Assembly (NCBI GenBank): GCA_964439835.1
Contig: CAYTPQ010000006.1
Location: 30,408 to 94,407, forward strand
DNA: 64,000 bases
Source: an uncultured Ectothiorhodospiraceae bacterium
GTDB lineage: Bacteria > Pseudomonadota > Gammaproteobacteria > JAABTG01
Direction of reading: 5' to 3'
Position numbers and translations under genes: made by a program. Of this stretch, positions 1 through 13,775 are shown piece after piece. The number at the start of each line of letters is the position of its first letter. Position 1 is the first letter of the stretch. The notes beneath the pieces are model-generated. The model searched no databases, was not told where the DNA came from, and saw only the letters and a list, made by a program, of their open reading frames with translations.

Positions 1-574
1 CAGCCGGCTCTATGCCACCAACCTGCGGCACCTCCTCACCGATCTGACGCCGGGCAAGGACGGGCGGCCGGTGGTGAACATGGACGACGAGGTGATCCGG
101 GGGGCGACGGTGATCCGCGAAGGCACCGTCACCTGGCCGCCGCCTCCCCCGACCATCTCGAAGGCGCCCGCCAAGCCGGCCGCGGCCGCCAAGCCCGCCC
201 CGGCGGTGAAGGAGGAGGCGCCGGCGCGCGCGGGCTGGGGCTCGGCCCTGGCCCTGCTCCTGGGGGCGCTGGCCTTCTTCGCCGTCGGCGCCGTGGCGCC
301 GCGCGAGTTCCTGAACCACCTGACGGTCTTTGTGCTGGCGATCTTCATCGGCTACAAGGTCATCTGGAGCGTGACCCCGGCGCTGCACACGCCGCTCATG
401 AGCGTCACCAACGCCATCAGCGGGATCATCGTGCTCGGCGCCCTGCTCCAGATCTCCGGGCCGCTCGACAGCATGGTCACCGTGTTGGCCATCGTCGCGG
501 TCCTGATCTCGACCATCAACGTCGCGGGCGGCTTTCTCGTCACCCAGCGCATGCTGCAGATGTTCCGCAAGTAA
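1..574 (+). CDS. pntA: NAD(P) transhydrogenase alpha subunit, C-terminal part (5' end outside the window)
   Basis: The frame is open from position 2 ([15 protein letters not shown]...). It shows a Pro/Ala-rich linker followed by four hydrophobic helices, and pntB follows 13 nt downstream. Confidence 0.85.
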   Translation, partial: SRLYATNLRHLLTDLTPGKDGRPVVNMDDEVIRGATVIREGTVTWPPPPPTISKAPAKPAAAAKPAPAVKEEAPARAGWGSALALLLGALAFFAVGAVAPREFLNHLTVFVLAIFIGYKVIWSVTPALHTPLMSVTNAISGIIVLGALLQISGPLDSMVTVLAIVAVLISTINVAGGFLVTQRMLQMFRK

Positions 575-586
575 CGGGAGCCCGCC

Positions 587-1975
587 ATGTCTCAGGGACT
601 GATCAGCACCGCGTACCTGGTCGCCGCCGTCCTCTTCATCTTGAGCCTCGGCGGCCTCTCGCACCCGGAGTCGGCGCGCCGGGGCAACGTCTACGGCATG
701 GTCGGCATGGCCATCGCCATCGCCGCCACCCTGGCCCTGCCTAACGTGACCGCCTACGGTGTCATCGCCGTGGCGATGGGCGTGGGCGCCGTGATCGGCA
801 TCGTGGTCGCCCGCCGGGTGGTGATGACCGCCATGCCGCAGCTGGTCGCGATGCTGCACAGCTTCGTCGGTCTCGCCGCGGTGCTGGTCGGCTTCGCCAG
901 CTACCTCGACCCCGCCGTGCAGCACCACGGCGTCGAGCGGACCATCCACGAGGTCGAGATCTACCTGGGCGTGCTGATTGGAGCGGTGACCTTCACCGGC
1001 TCGGTGGTCGCCTTCGGCAAGCTGCAGGGGATCGTCACCAGCAAGCCGGTGCTGCTGCCGGCGCGGCACTGGCTCAACCTGGGGCTGTTGCTGGTGAGTC
1101 TCTGGCTCGGTTGGGAGTTCCTCCAGGCCGACCCGAGGGGCGGCCTGGCGCCGCTCGCGCTGATGACCCTGCTCGCCTTCCTGTTCGGCATTCACATGGT
1201 GGTGGCCATCGGCGGCGCCGACATGCCGGTCGTCATCTCGATGCTGAACAGCTACTCGGGCTGGGCCGCGGCGGCCACGGGCTTCATGCTCGCCAACGAC
1301 CTGCTGATCGTCACCGGTGCCCTGGTTGGCTCCAGCGGCGCCATCCTCTCCTACATCATGTGCCGGGCGATGAACCGAAAGTTCATCGCGGTCATCGCCG
1401 GCGGCTTCGGCACCAGCGGCGGCACCGGCGCCGCCGGAGTTGCCGAGGGGCGCGAGGTCAGCCCGATCTCGGCCGAGGAGACCGCCCATCTCCTGAAGGA
1501 CTCCGACCAGGTCGTGATCGTGCCCGGCTACGGCATGGCTGTCGCCCAGGCCCAGTACCCGATCGCAGCCATCACCGAGAAGCTCCGGGCCCGCGGCGTC
1601 AAGGTGCGCTTCGCCATCCACCCCGTCGCCGGCAGGATGCCCGGCCACATGAACGTGCTCCTGGCCGAGGCCAAGGTGCCCTACGACATCGTGCTGGAGA
1701 TGGACGAGATCAACCCTGATTTCCCCGAGACCGACGCGGTCCTGGTGATCGGCGCCAACGACATCGTCAACCCCAGCGCCCAGACCGACCCCGACAGCCC
1801 GATCGCCGGCATGCCGGTGCTCGAGGTCTGGAAGGCCCGGACCGTCGTGGTCATGAAGCGCAGCATGGCCACCGGCTACGCCGGCGTGGAGAACCCGCTG
1901 TTCTTCGAGGACAACACCCGGATGTTGTTCGGCGACGCCAAGAAGAGCGTCGACGCCATCCTGGCGGCGTTGTAG
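587..1975 (+). CDS. pntB: NAD(P) transhydrogenase beta subunit
   Basis: 462-aa product with a multi-TM N-terminus and a C-terminal NADP(H)-binding dIII domain ([18 protein letters not shown]). The pntAB operon order is conserved. Confidence 0.9.
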   Translation: MSQGLISTAYLVAAVLFILSLGGLSHPESARRGNVYGMVGMAIAIAATLALPNVTAYGVIAVAMGVGAVIGIVVARRVVMTAMPQLVAMLHSFVGLAAVLVGFASYLDPAVQHHGVERTIHEVEIYLGVLIGAVTFTGSVVAFGKLQGIVTSKPVLLPARHWLNLGLLLVSLWLGWEFLQADPRGGLAPLALMTLLAFLFGIHMVVAIGGADMPVVISMLNSYSGWAAAATGFMLANDLLIVTGALVGSSGAILSYIMCRAMNRKFIAVIAGGFGTSGGTGAAGVAEGREVSPISAEETAHLLKDSDQVVIVPGYGMAVAQAQYPIAAITEKLRARGVKVRFAIHPVAGRMPGHMNVLLAEAKVPYDIVLEMDEINPDFPETDAVLVIGANDIVNPSAQTDPDSPIAGMPVLEVWKARTVVVMKRSMATGYAGVENPLFFEDNTRMLFGDAKKSVDAILAAL

Positions 1976-2084
1976 AGAGGATACGAGTCCGCATCTACCA
2001 CTAAGGACACTAAGAACACGAAGCACTACGGGATCTTTGTGTCCTTCGTGTCCTTAGTGGTTCATCTAGCCTCGTCATTGGCGC

Positions 2085-4047
<1,963 letters not shown>

Positions 4048-5397
4048 CTACTCCTTTCCTCCCTTGCCCCGCTCGGGCCGCGCCCGGTCCGTGCCGGGCG
4101 GGTCCAGGGCCCGGAGGCGGCCGAGCTTCTCCGCGATCTGGGTCTCCAGGCCACGCGGGACGGGTCGATAGTAGCGCCTCACCGGCATCCCGTCCGGGAA
4201 GTAGCGCTGCCCCGCCGCGTAGGCGTCCGGCTCGTCGTGAGGGTAGCGGTAGGCCGCGCCGTAGTCGAGGCGGCGCATCAGGCCGGTGGGTGCGTTGCGC
4301 AGGTGCAGCGGGACTGGCAGGGAGCCGAGGCCCCGCGCGTCTTCCATCGCCTCGTCGAAGGCCAGGTAGACGGCGTTGCTCTTGGCGGCGCAGGCCAGGT
4401 AGGTCACGGCCTGGGCGAGCGCCAGCTCGCCCTCGGGGTGCCCCAGCCGCTCCTGGACCTCCCAGGCGGAGAGCGCCAGGGGCAGGGCGCGCGGGTCGGC
4501 GTTGCCCACGTCCTCGCTCGCGACCCGCACCAGCCGCCGGGCGACGTAACGGGGGTCGCAGCCGCCGTCCAGCATCCGGGCGAGCCAGTACAGGGCGGCG
4601 TCGGGGTCCGAGCCCCGGATCGCCTTGTGCAGGGCGGAGATCTGCTCGTAGAAGACGTCCCCGCCCTTGTCGAAGCGGCGGGGGTCGCCGGCCAGCACCG
4701 CGTCCAGGAGCCCCGCGTCAATGCGCCCCCCGTGGCCCGGCACGAGCGCGAACTCGGCGGCGACCTCGAGGGCGTTCAGCGCGCGACGGGCGTCCCCGTC
4801 GGCGGCCCGCGCGAGGCGATCGCGCTCCGTGTCGGCCATCGTCAGCCCCAGGGCGCCGAGCCCCCGCACCGGGTCCGCCAGGGCCCTGTCGATCACCCGC
4901 CGGACGTCCTCGGCCCGCAGCGACTCCAGCACGTAGACCCGGCAGCGGGACAGCAGCGCGCCGTTCAGCTCGAAGGAGGGGTTCTCGGTGGTGGCGCCGA
5001 TGAAGGTGAGCGTGCCGTCTTCCACGTAGGGCAGGAAGGCGTCCTGCTGGGCCTTGTTGAAGCGGTGGGCTTCGTCGACGAACAGGATGGTGTCGCCGCC
5101 GGTGCCCTGGCGGTAGGCCTGCGCCCGCCCCACCGCCTCGCGGATGTCCCTGACCCCGGCCAGCACCGCCGAGAGGGGGATGAACTGAGCCTGGGCCGAG
5201 TGGGCCAGCAACCGCGCCAGGGTGGTCTTGCCAGTGCCCGGAGGGCCCCAGAGGACCATCGAGTGCAAGCGGCCCGACCGGATGGCCTCCCGCAGCGGCT
5301 TCCCGTCACCCAGCAGGCGATCCTGCCCGACCAGGTCCTCGATGCGCCCGGGCCGCAGGCGGTCGGCGAGCGGCGGGCGAGACTGAGAGTCGCTCAC
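4048..5397 (-). CDS. rarA: Replication-associated recombination protein A (AAA+ ATPase)
   Basis: Walker A GPPGTGKTT and Walker B FVDEAHRF motifs are present in a 449-aa product. The lolA-rarA-serS order matches E. coli. Confidence 0.9.
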   Translation of the reverse strand: MSDSQSRPPLADRLRPGRIEDLVGQDRLLGDGKPLREAIRSGRLHSMVLWGPPGTGKTTLARLLAHSAQAQFIPLSAVLAGVRDIREAVGRAQAYRQGTGGDTILFVDEAHRFNKAQQDAFLPYVEDGTLTFIGATTENPSFELNGALLSRCRVYVLESLRAEDVRRVIDRALADPVRGLGALGLTMADTERDRLARAADGDARRALNALEVAAEFALVPGHGGRIDAGLLDAVLAGDPRRFDKGGDVFYEQISALHKAIRGSDPDAALYWLARMLDGGCDPRYVARRLVRVASEDVGNADPRALPLALSAWEVQERLGHPEGELALAQAVTYLACAAKSNAVYLAFDEAMEDARGLGSLPVPLHLRNAPTGLMRRLDYGAAYRYPHDEPDAYAAGQRYFPDGMPVRRYYRPVPRGLETQIAEKLGRLRALDPPGTDRARPERGKGGKE

Positions 5398-5413
5398 GCG
5401 GGAGCCGCAGCCC

Positions 5414-6046
5414 TCAGCGTGGGCCGGGGGCGTCGCGCATCACGTCGACGCCGTCGGGCGGCTGGAAGCGGAACAGGTCGGAGTTCAGCTTGGGGTTCTT
5501 GATCGCCCCCTTGAACCGCAGCCGGGTCAACTGGCCGAAGCCGTCGGCCAGCTCCATCTCCGCCAGATCCCGTCCCCGCAGGCCGATGCGCACCTTGCGA
5601 AATGGCGCTTCGGCCGACTTCGGGGTCAGTTCCACCCACTCCAAGTCGCCCTTGCGCCCGAGGTCGGCCAGGGTGAACTCCGCCTCCAGCGGCCGGTTGC
5701 TGCTCAGCAGCAGGCCCGGGGCGTTGGCGAGCGCCTCGCGCGCGCTCTTCACCGTCACCTGGGCCAGCTCGCTATCGTAAATCCAGACCTCTTCGCCGTC
5801 GGAGACGATCTCCTGCACGTAGGGGACCGTGTAGCTCCAGCGGAACTTCCCCGGCCGCGACAGGTAGAAGCGCCCGAACGAGCTCTCCAGGTTGCGCCCC
5901 TTCTCGTCCTCGACCGTCTGCTCGAAGGCCGACTCGAGCGTCTTCAGCTCGCCGAGAAAGGCCTTGAGCCGCGCCACGTCGGCGGACGCGGCGGCGCTGG
6001 CGGCCAGCAGCACGGCTACAAGGGCGGACTTGAGAAGGTCACGCAT
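5414..6046 (-). CDS. lolA: Outer-membrane lipoprotein carrier protein LolA
   Basis: There is a signal peptide followed by a LolA fold. The ATG at 6044-6046 has a GAGAG ribosome-binding site. The longer GTG start at 6058 would overlap the ftsK stop. Confidence 0.85.
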   Translation of the reverse strand: MRDLLKSALVAVLLAASAAASADVARLKAFLGELKTLESAFEQTVEDEKGRNLESSFGRFYLSRPGKFRWSYTVPYVQEIVSDGEEVWIYDSELAQVTVKSAREALANAPGLLLSSNRPLEAEFTLADLGRKGDLEWVELTPKSAEAPFRKVRIGLRGRDLAEMELADGFGQLTRLRFKGAIKNPKLNSDLFRFQPPDGVDVMRDAPGPR

Positions 6047-6054
6047 GGAAACTC

Positions 6055-8337
6055 TCACCGAGGCGCCGCCGGCACCAGCACCTCGCGGCTGCCGTTGGAC
6101 TGTAGCGGCCCAACCAGCCCGGCCCGCTCCATCTCCTCGATCATCCGGGCCGCGCGGTTATAGCCGATCTTGAGTCGCCGCTGCACGCCCGAGATCGAGG
6201 CGCGCCGGCTCTCGGTGACGATGGCGACCGCCTGGTCGTAGAGGGGGTCCTTCTCGCCACCCGCCTCCTCGCCGCCCTCCCCGTTGTCCTGCTCCTCCGC
6301 GCCCTGGAGGATTTCGTGCACGTAGTCCGGCGCGCCGTGGCTGCGCAGATAATCGACCACCCGGTGGACCTCGTTGTCGGAGACGAAGGCGCCGTGCACG
6401 CGCATCGGCATGCCGCTCCCCGGCGGGAGGTAGAGCATGTCGCCGTGCCCGAGCAGGTGCTCGGCGCCCATCTGGTCCAGGATCGTTCGGGAGTCGACCT
6501 TGGACGACACCTGGAAGGCGATGCGGGTCGGGATGTTCGCCTTGATCAGTCCGGTGATGACGTCGACCGACGGGCGCTGGGTCGCCAGGATCAGGTGGAT
6601 GCCGGAGGCGCGGGCCTTCTGGGCCAGGCGGCAGATCAGGTCCTCCACCTTCTTGCCCACCACCATCATCATGTCCGCCAGCTCGTCGATCACCAGCACG
6701 ACGAGCGGCAGGGTCGTGAGCGCCGGGGCCTCTTCGCCCTCCGTGCCCTTGAACAGGGGGTCGCGCAGCGGGGCGCCGTGGGCGGATGCCTCGCGGACCT
6801 TGCGGTTGTAGCCGCCGATGTTGCGCACGCCAAGGGCCGACATCACCCGGTAGCGACGGTCCATCTCGGCCACGCACCAGCGCAGGGCGTTCGCGGCCTC
6901 CTTCATGTCGGTGACGACCGGCGCCAACAGGTGCGGGATCCCCTCGTACACCGAGAGTTCGAGCATCTTCGGGTCGACCAGGATCAGCCGCACCTCGGCC
7001 GGAGTGGACTTGTAGAGCAGGCTCAGGACCATCGCGTTGATGGCCACCGACTTGCCCGAGCCGGTGGTGCCTGCCACCAGCAGGTGCGGCATGCGCGCCA
7101 GGTCCACCACCACCGGGTGCCCGCCGATGTCCTTGCCGAGCGATAGCGCGACCGGCGAGGAGACCTCGTCGTACTCCTTCGATTTCAGGATCTCGCTGAG
7201 CACCACCAGCTCCCGGTGCTCGTTCGGGATCTCGAGTCCGATGACCGACTTGCCCGGAATCACCTCGACGATGCGCACGCTCACCACCGAGAGCGAGCGC
7301 GCCAGGTCCTTCGCCAGGGCGCTGATGCGGCTGACTTTGAGGCCCGGCGCGGGCTGCAGCTCGAAGCGCGTGACCACCGGCCCGGGGTGGACCGCGACGA
7401 CCTGGACCTCGATGCCGAAGTCGAGCAGCTTCACCTCGACCTGGCGGGACATGGCCTCGAGCGCCGACTTGCTCACCGGGGTCTGGGACGCCGGCGCCGG
7501 GTCCAGGAGCGAGAGCGGCGGCAGCCCACCCTCCCCCACGGGCTCGAACAGGGGGACCTGACGCTCCTTGTCGACCCGCGCGCTTGGCTGCAGGGGGCCT
7601 GCGGTCGGCTCGATCCGCGGCGGTGCGCGCTTGGCCGTCTTCGCCTGGGCGCGGGCCACCACGGTCTCCCGCTCCTCGCGCGCCTTGCGCGCCTGCGCCT
7701 GCGCGCGCAGGCGGCGAGGCAGGCCGACCACCCAGGCCACCGACTCGACCGTGTAGTGGCCCATCGCGTCCATCACGGCGAACCAGGACAGGCCGGTCAG
7801 CAGCGTGACCCCCACCAGGAACAGCGCGAGCAGGAACAGCGTCGCCCCCAACGGGCTGAACAGGTGCGCCAGCCCCCGGCCCACCACGTCGCCGAGCGCA
7901 CCCCCGGCGTCGAGCGGCAGGCCGCGGGCGGCGAAGTGCAGGGTCGCCAGCCCCGCGCCAGCGGTCAGGGTCAGGAGGAAGCCGCTCAACCGCCCGGCAG
8001 GGCCGTGCCAGGACGCCGGGGCCGGCACCCTGCCGCCGCGGTAGACCAGCCAGCCGCCTGCGGCCAGCAGCCCCGGAAACAGGTACGCCAGGTAGCCGAA
8101 CAGGTAGAGGCCGACGTCGGCGAGCCAGGCGCCGGCAATCCCGCCCCGGTTGGCGACCCGGCCGGCGGTACCCACCTGCGACCAGCCAGGGTCGGCCGGG
8201 TGGTAGCTGAGGAGCGACACGAGCAGATAGAGCGCCGTCGCCCCCGCGCCGATGAACAGGACCTCACGCAGCCCGCGGCCGATGTGGGCCCGCAGGGGCA
8301 CGGACCGGCTCGCTCGTTTGGGAACTGCCTGCGCCAA
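6055..8337 (-). CDS. ftsK: DNA translocase FtsK
   Basis: 760-aa product with N-terminal TM helices, a Pro-rich linker, an ATPase domain with GTTGSGKS, and a C-terminal gamma/winged-helix region. Confidence 0.9.
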   Translation of the reverse strand: MAQAVPKRASRSVPLRAHIGRGLREVLFIGAGATALYLLVSLLSYHPADPGWSQVGTAGRVANRGGIAGAWLADVGLYLFGYLAYLFPGLLAAGGWLVYRGGRVPAPASWHGPAGRLSGFLLTLTAGAGLATLHFAARGLPLDAGGALGDVVGRGLAHLFSPLGATLFLLALFLVGVTLLTGLSWFAVMDAMGHYTVESVAWVVGLPRRLRAQAQARKAREERETVVARAQAKTAKRAPPRIEPTAGPLQPSARVDKERQVPLFEPVGEGGLPPLSLLDPAPASQTPVSKSALEAMSRQVEVKLLDFGIEVQVVAVHPGPVVTRFELQPAPGLKVSRISALAKDLARSLSVVSVRIVEVIPGKSVIGLEIPNEHRELVVLSEILKSKEYDEVSSPVALSLGKDIGGHPVVVDLARMPHLLVAGTTGSGKSVAINAMVLSLLYKSTPAEVRLILVDPKMLELSVYEGIPHLLAPVVTDMKEAANALRWCVAEMDRRYRVMSALGVRNIGGYNRKVREASAHGAPLRDPLFKGTEGEEAPALTTLPLVVLVIDELADMMMVVGKKVEDLICRLAQKARASGIHLILATQRPSVDVITGLIKANIPTRIAFQVSSKVDSRTILDQMGAEHLLGHGDMLYLPPGSGMPMRVHGAFVSDNEVHRVVDYLRSHGAPDYVHEILQGAEEQDNGEGGEEAGGEKDPLYDQAVAIVTESRRASISGVQRRLKIGYNRAARMIEEMERAGLVGPLQSNGSREVLVPAAPR

Positions 8338-8505
8338 AGCAATAAACCGCTTGAGTATTCCGTCTTAACTACTTCATTATTATGTTTCGAGGGGCTACAT
8401 TCCAGCCCCTGTAGCGCCGCACCGGGGGATCCGCGCCCCAGGCCGGGTCGAGACCGACTGCGGGTTCGCCGGGGCACCGCGCGCGGCCCCCCGACCCCGG
8501 CATAA

Positions 8506-9573
<1,068 letters not shown>

Positions 9574-9699
9574 GGAAGCTCGGCACAAGTCGTCGTCCCG
9601 GCAAAGCGCTGCCCTCTGGCTTGAGCCGGGCGTGAACGCCTGCTGAGCCGGGAGGTCTCACCGGCACAGCAACCCACCCGGCTGTCCGGACCTCCACCC

Positions 9700-10860
9700 G
9701 TGCACTTTTCCACAGTCGAGAGCATTAGCGAGGTCCCCGCGCGGGACTGGAATCGGCTGGCGGGCGACGAGAACCCGTTCCTGCGCCACGAGTTCCTCGC
9801 CGCCCTCGAGCGCCAGGGATGCCTCGGCGATCGCTTCGGCTGGTGGCCCCGGCACTTTCTGGTGCATCACGGCGGGCAGCTGGTGGCCGCGGCGCCCGCG
9901 TACCTCAAGGACAACAACTACGGCGAGTTCGTGTTCGACCACGCCTGGTCCGAGGCCTACGCCCGCGCGGGCCTCGCCTACTACCCGAAGCTGGTGGTGG
10001 CGGTGCCCTACACGCCCGTCACGGGTCCGCGACTGCTGGCCGACCCCGCGGTCGGCCGGCCGGCGGCGGACGCGCTCGTCTCGGGCGCGATCGCACTCAC
10101 GGAACGCTCCGGACTGTCCTCCCTGCACTGGCTCTTCTGCGACGAGCCGACGACCGGGACGCTCGAGGGCCACGGGCTGTCGCCGCGGCTCGGCTGCCAG
10201 TTCCACTGGCCGAACCCGGGCTACCGGGACTTCCAGGACTTCCTCGACACCCTGACCTCCCGACGACGCAAGGAGATCCGACGCGAGCGCCGCGAGGTCG
10301 AACGCCAAGGCATCGAGCTCCGGGTGTTGTCGGGGCACGAGGCCGGCCCCGCCGAGTGGGAAGCGATACACGGATTCTACGAGGCCACCTTCGAGCGCAA
10401 GTGGGGTGTGCCCACCCTCACCCGAGGTTTCTTCGAGGAGCTGGGGGCCCGGATGCCCGAGGCGGTGGCGCTGGTCCTCGCCCGCAAGGACGGGCGCTAC
10501 GTCGCCGGGGCCTTCAACCTGGTCGGGCGCCGGCGCCTGTACGGCCGGAGCTGGGGCACGACCGGTTTCTTCCCGGGCCTGCATTTCGAGGTCTGCTATT
10601 ATCGACTCATCGAGTTTTGCATCGATCGCGGGCTGGAGGTGTTCGAGGCCGGCGCGCAGGGCGAGCACAAGATCGCACGAGGTTTTCTGCCGCGGGCGAC
10701 GCGCTCGGCGCACTGGATTGGGCACCCGGGCTTCCGGTCGGCGGTCGCGGATTTCGTCCGGCGCGAGCGGCGGGCGGTGGAGGCGTATATGTCCGAGGTC
10801 CTCGAACACTCGCCCTACCGCCGGGCGGATACGGAATCGAATTCCTCGCCCGAGGAGTGA
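9700..10860 (+). CDS. GNAT-family (FemAB-like, COG3146/DUF482) acetyltransferase
   Basis: 386-aa product. This family lies immediately upstream of aat in many proteobacteria, and I see no other assignable domain. Confidence 0.7.
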   Translation: MHFSTVESISEVPARDWNRLAGDENPFLRHEFLAALERQGCLGDRFGWWPRHFLVHHGGQLVAAAPAYLKDNNYGEFVFDHAWSEAYARAGLAYYPKLVVAVPYTPVTGPRLLADPAVGRPAADALVSGAIALTERSGLSSLHWLFCDEPTTGTLEGHGLSPRLGCQFHWPNPGYRDFQDFLDTLTSRRRKEIRRERREVERQGIELRVLSGHEAGPAEWEAIHGFYEATFERKWGVPTLTRGFFEELGARMPEAVALVLARKDGRYVAGAFNLVGRRRLYGRSWGTTGFFPGLHFEVCYYRLIEFCIDRGLEVFEAGAQGEHKIARGFLPRATRSAHWIGHPGFRSAVADFVRRERRAVEAYMSEVLEHSPYRRADTESNSSPEE

Positions 10861-10875
10861 GGGCCTGCGCCGAGG

Positions 10876-11565
10876 ATGAGGCGCGTACTGTTCCCGCACG
10901 TGATCCGGCCGGGAGATCCACCGGATGCGTTCCCGCCGGTGGTGCACGCCCTCGCCGAGCCGAACGGTCTGCTGGCGTTGGGGGGTGATCTGAGCCCGGC
11001 GCGGCTGCTCGCGGCTTACCGGCGCGGAGTCTTTCCCTGGTACAGCGAGGGCCAACCGATCCTCTGGTGGTCCCCGGACCCGCGGGCGGTGTTCTACCCG
11101 GAGGCGGTTCGTGTCACCCGAAGTCTGGGCAAGCGGCTGCGCCAGGGCCGCTTCGAGGTCCGCGTCAACACCGCCTTCGACGCGGTGGTGCAGGCCTGTG
11201 CCGCACCCCGTGCGCGGCAGGAGGGCACCTGGATCACCGCCGAGATGGCCGCCGCCTACGGCAGACTTCAGCGCCTGGGAGTAGCCCACTCGGTCGAGAC
11301 CTGGGAGGGAGGCGAGCTGGCCGGCGGGCTGTACGGCGTCGCCCTCGGCGAGGTTTTCTTCGGCGAGTCGATGTTCAGCCGTCAGAGCGACGCCTCCAAG
11401 GTCGCCCTGGTCGCGCTCGCGCGGATGGGGTTCAGGCTGATCGACGCTCAGGTCCCGAGCGAGCACCTGACCCGGATGGGCGCCGTCGAGATCCCCCGCG
11501 CTCGTTTCCTTGCTCACCTGGCGGCCTGGTGTGACCGGCCGCCGCCGAACCTGACGTCACCATGA
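10876..11565 (+). CDS. aat: Leucyl/phenylalanyl-tRNA--protein transferase
   Basis: 229-aa product with the conserved [20 protein letters not shown] motif. Confidence 0.85.
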   Translation: MRRVLFPHVIRPGDPPDAFPPVVHALAEPNGLLALGGDLSPARLLAAYRRGVFPWYSEGQPILWWSPDPRAVFYPEAVRVTRSLGKRLRQGRFEVRVNTAFDAVVQACAAPRARQEGTWITAEMAAAYGRLQRLGVAHSVETWEGGELAGGLYGVALGEVFFGESMFSRQSDASKVALVALARMGFRLIDAQVPSEHLTRMGAVEIPRARFLAHLAAWCDRPPPNLTSP

Positions 11566-12293
11566 GCCGCGTCCTGACATCGCGTGCCGCGCCGGTCCCC
11601 ATCGCGTTCTTCGCCACGCCACCGCACGCCTGCAGCTACCTCGACGGGCGCCAGGCGGTGACCGTGTTCGCCGATCCGACCTTCCACCACGACCGCCGCA
11701 CCTACACGGCGCTCTCCCGCCACGGTTTTCGGCGCAGCGGCCCGCACATCTACCGCCCGCACTGCCCGGGATGCGACGCCTGCATCCCGGTGCGCGTCCC
11801 CGTCAACGAGTTCCGGCCGCGCCGAAGCCAGCGCCGGGTCTGGCGGGCCAACCAGGACGTGCGTGTCACCCGAGTGGCCCCGGGCTTCACGCCCGAGCAC
11901 TACGCCCTGTACGCCCGCTACGTCAACACCCGCCACCGCGGCGGCGGCATGGACTCGCCGACCCCTGGTCAGTACCTGGACTTCCTGACCAGCCTCTGGT
12001 CGGAGACCACCTTCTATGAGTTCCGCGCACCGTCCGGTCTGTTGGCCGTCGGCGTCGTGGACCGGCTCGACGACGGGCTCTCCGCGGTGTACACGTTCTT
12101 CGACCCCGCGGCCTCGGCCCGCAGTCCCGGCGTTTTGGCGGTGCTATGGGAGATCGAGGAGGCACGGCGGCTGGACCTGGAGTGGCTGTACCTCGGGTAC
12201 TGGCTCCGGGAGTCGCCGAAGATGCGCTACAAGGGCGAGTACCAGCCGCTGGAGTGCCTGCACGACGGGCTCTGGCGACGCTGCCACGGCTGA
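11562..12293 (+). CDS. ate: Arginyl-tRNA--protein transferase (Ate/Bpt family)
   Basis: 243-aa product with the N-terminal Cys cluster (CPGCDAC) typical of bacterial Ate/Bpt. Its start overlaps the aat stop. Confidence 0.8.
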   Translation: MSRVLTSRAAPVPIAFFATPPHACSYLDGRQAVTVFADPTFHHDRRTYTALSRHGFRRSGPHIYRPHCPGCDACIPVRVPVNEFRPRRSQRRVWRANQDVRVTRVAPGFTPEHYALYARYVNTRHRGGGMDSPTPGQYLDFLTSLWSETTFYEFRAPSGLLAVGVVDRLDDGLSAVYTFFDPAASARSPGVLAVLWEIEEARRLDLEWLYLGYWLRESPKMRYKGEYQPLECLHDGLWRRCHG

Positions 12294-12380
12294 GCCCTCG
12301 CCGCGGCGCCGGCGCCGCGCCTTTCGGCCAAACCCCGCTTCTGGCACACTATGGCGTCTGCAAGGCGACCGTCGAGCGTT

Positions 12381-12599
12381 ATGGCCAAAGAAGACGCAAT
12401 CGAGATGGAGGGCATGGTCATCGAGACCTTGCCCAACACGATGTTCCGGGTTCAGCTCGACAACGGCCACGTCGTCACCGCCCACATCTCGGGCAAGATG
12501 CGCAAGCACTACATCCGCATCCTGACCGGGGACCGGGTGACGGTGCAGCTCACCCCCTACGACCTGACCAAGGGCCGGATCACCTACCGCGCCCGGTAA
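12381..12599 (+). CDS. infA: Translation initiation factor IF-1
   Basis: [24 protein letters not shown]... is a near-identical S1-fold IF1 sequence, 72 aa. Confidence 0.9.
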   Translation: MAKEDAIEMEGMVIETLPNTMFRVQLDNGHVVTAHISGKMRKHYIRILTGDRVTVQLTPYDLTKGRITYRAR

Positions 12600-12664
12600 C
12601 CTCGAAACGCGCGCTGTAGTCCCGACGCGCGTACCCCCAAGCGTTCGGCCCCGAGGCCTCCCGC

Positions 12665-13423
12665 TCAGAGCTGGAGGTCGCAGCGGATGAAGTACTCCTT
12701 GTGCGGCTCCGGCTGGATCTCGACGAGCGTCAGGCGTGCGTCGTCGTAGCCGTCGCGCACGTAGACCGCCCCGGTGTCGATGAAGTGGACGTTGTCGAGG
12801 GTGACCGGCTCGCGCACGGGCGTGTGCCCGCAGTACACCCGGACCACCCCGCCGCCGACGGGGCCGGGGCGCTCGACACCGCCCTGGATCCGGTAGCGGG
12901 AGAAGAGCGCGTAGAGGGCGACTTCCTCCTGGCCGGACGCCAGCAGGCGCGCGAAGCGCTCCCAGGTCAGCGCGGGCGGGACGTCCGCATGGACGATCCC
13001 CACCAGCCCTGCGGCGGTCTCAACCTCCATCGCGAGCGGCATGGAGAGGAAGGCCTCGCGGAACAGGCGGCGCTCGTAGAGGGAGAGATGGGTCCACCAC
13101 GACCCGCCGTTGTACTGCACCCAGTAGTCGAGCTCCTCTGGCAGGACGGAGTCGATCGCGAACTGCTCGTGGTTGCCGCGGCAGGCGTGGAACCAGGGGT
13201 ACGACAGCCAGCGCAGGGCCTCCCGGGAGGCGGGGCCGCGGTCGACCAGGTCGCCGACGGAGAACAGGCGGTCGACCCGCGGGTCGAAACCGAGCCGCGC
13301 GAGCAACGCCTCCAGATGGGCGAACATGCCGTGGATGTCGCCGACCACGAAGTCGCGCCCTTCCTCGTTCAGCGGGAAGCGGAGGACCGCAGGCGTTTCC
13401 GCGTAGGCGGCGATGTCGAGCAT
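12665..13423 (-). CDS. PPP-family serine/threonine phosphoprotein phosphatase (metallophosphoesterase)
   Basis: It carries the GDIHG, GDLVDRG and GNHE motifs. I place the start at MLDIAAY. Confidence 0.75.
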   Translation of the reverse strand: MLDIAAYAETPAVLRFPLNEEGRDFVVGDIHGMFAHLEALLARLGFDPRVDRLFSVGDLVDRGPASREALRWLSYPWFHACRGNHEQFAIDSVLPEELDYWVQYNGGSWWTHLSLYERRLFREAFLSMPLAMEVETAAGLVGIVHADVPPALTWERFARLLASGQEEVALYALFSRYRIQGGVERPGPVGGGVVRVYCGHTPVREPVTLDNVHFIDTGAVYVRDGYDDARLTLVEIQPEPHKEYFIRCDLQL

Positions 13424-13775
13424 GGCGGTGTCGCGCGGCACGGGTACTTTGCAGCGTCTCGGTCCGGTCCCCGGTGCGCCGCACCAGTCTGGGCCGGACC
13501 CCGCCCTCGCTCAAGCAAGCTTCGTGCTCAGATTGTGAATCTGAAAAGATTCCGTGACCTGCGTCACGACGGGTCCCACGGTCGATGCCGAACTGTAAAG
13601 ACCGGCGACAAATCGGAACGGTCCGCGCGCGCCCCCTGCCTGGGGCACTAATGGCAGGGCGCCCCATCCGTACACGGGACGCCCGCGCCCGACGGCCTGC
13701 TAGAATCGCCGGGGAATCCGGACGGCACCCGTCACGGGCGGCCGGCGGCCCCACCACTGCGACCCAGGGGGAGCC

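Noticed and set aside
4290-5003. 237-aa Arg/Pro-rich ORF on the plus strand (MRCAGAAGLAGSRGPARLPSPRRRPGRRR...)
   Set aside because: It is antisense to rarA. Arg/Pro/Gly-rich low-complexity translation is the signature of an off-frame high-GC artefact. The same applies to 19526..20650, 24395..25957, 8550..9635, 9819..10988, 28114..28593 and similar ORFs.
12328-12350. TGGCAC hexamer upstream of infA
   Set aside because: The downstream element is GGCGT with the wrong spacing. infA is sigma-70 driven in known systems.
13625-13660. Possible sigma-54-like motif GGGGCAC-taatg-GCAGG within an imperfect palindrome
   Set aside because: The GG-to-GC spacing is one nt short of canonical and the -12 element lacks TTGC. 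I kept only the palindrome observation.
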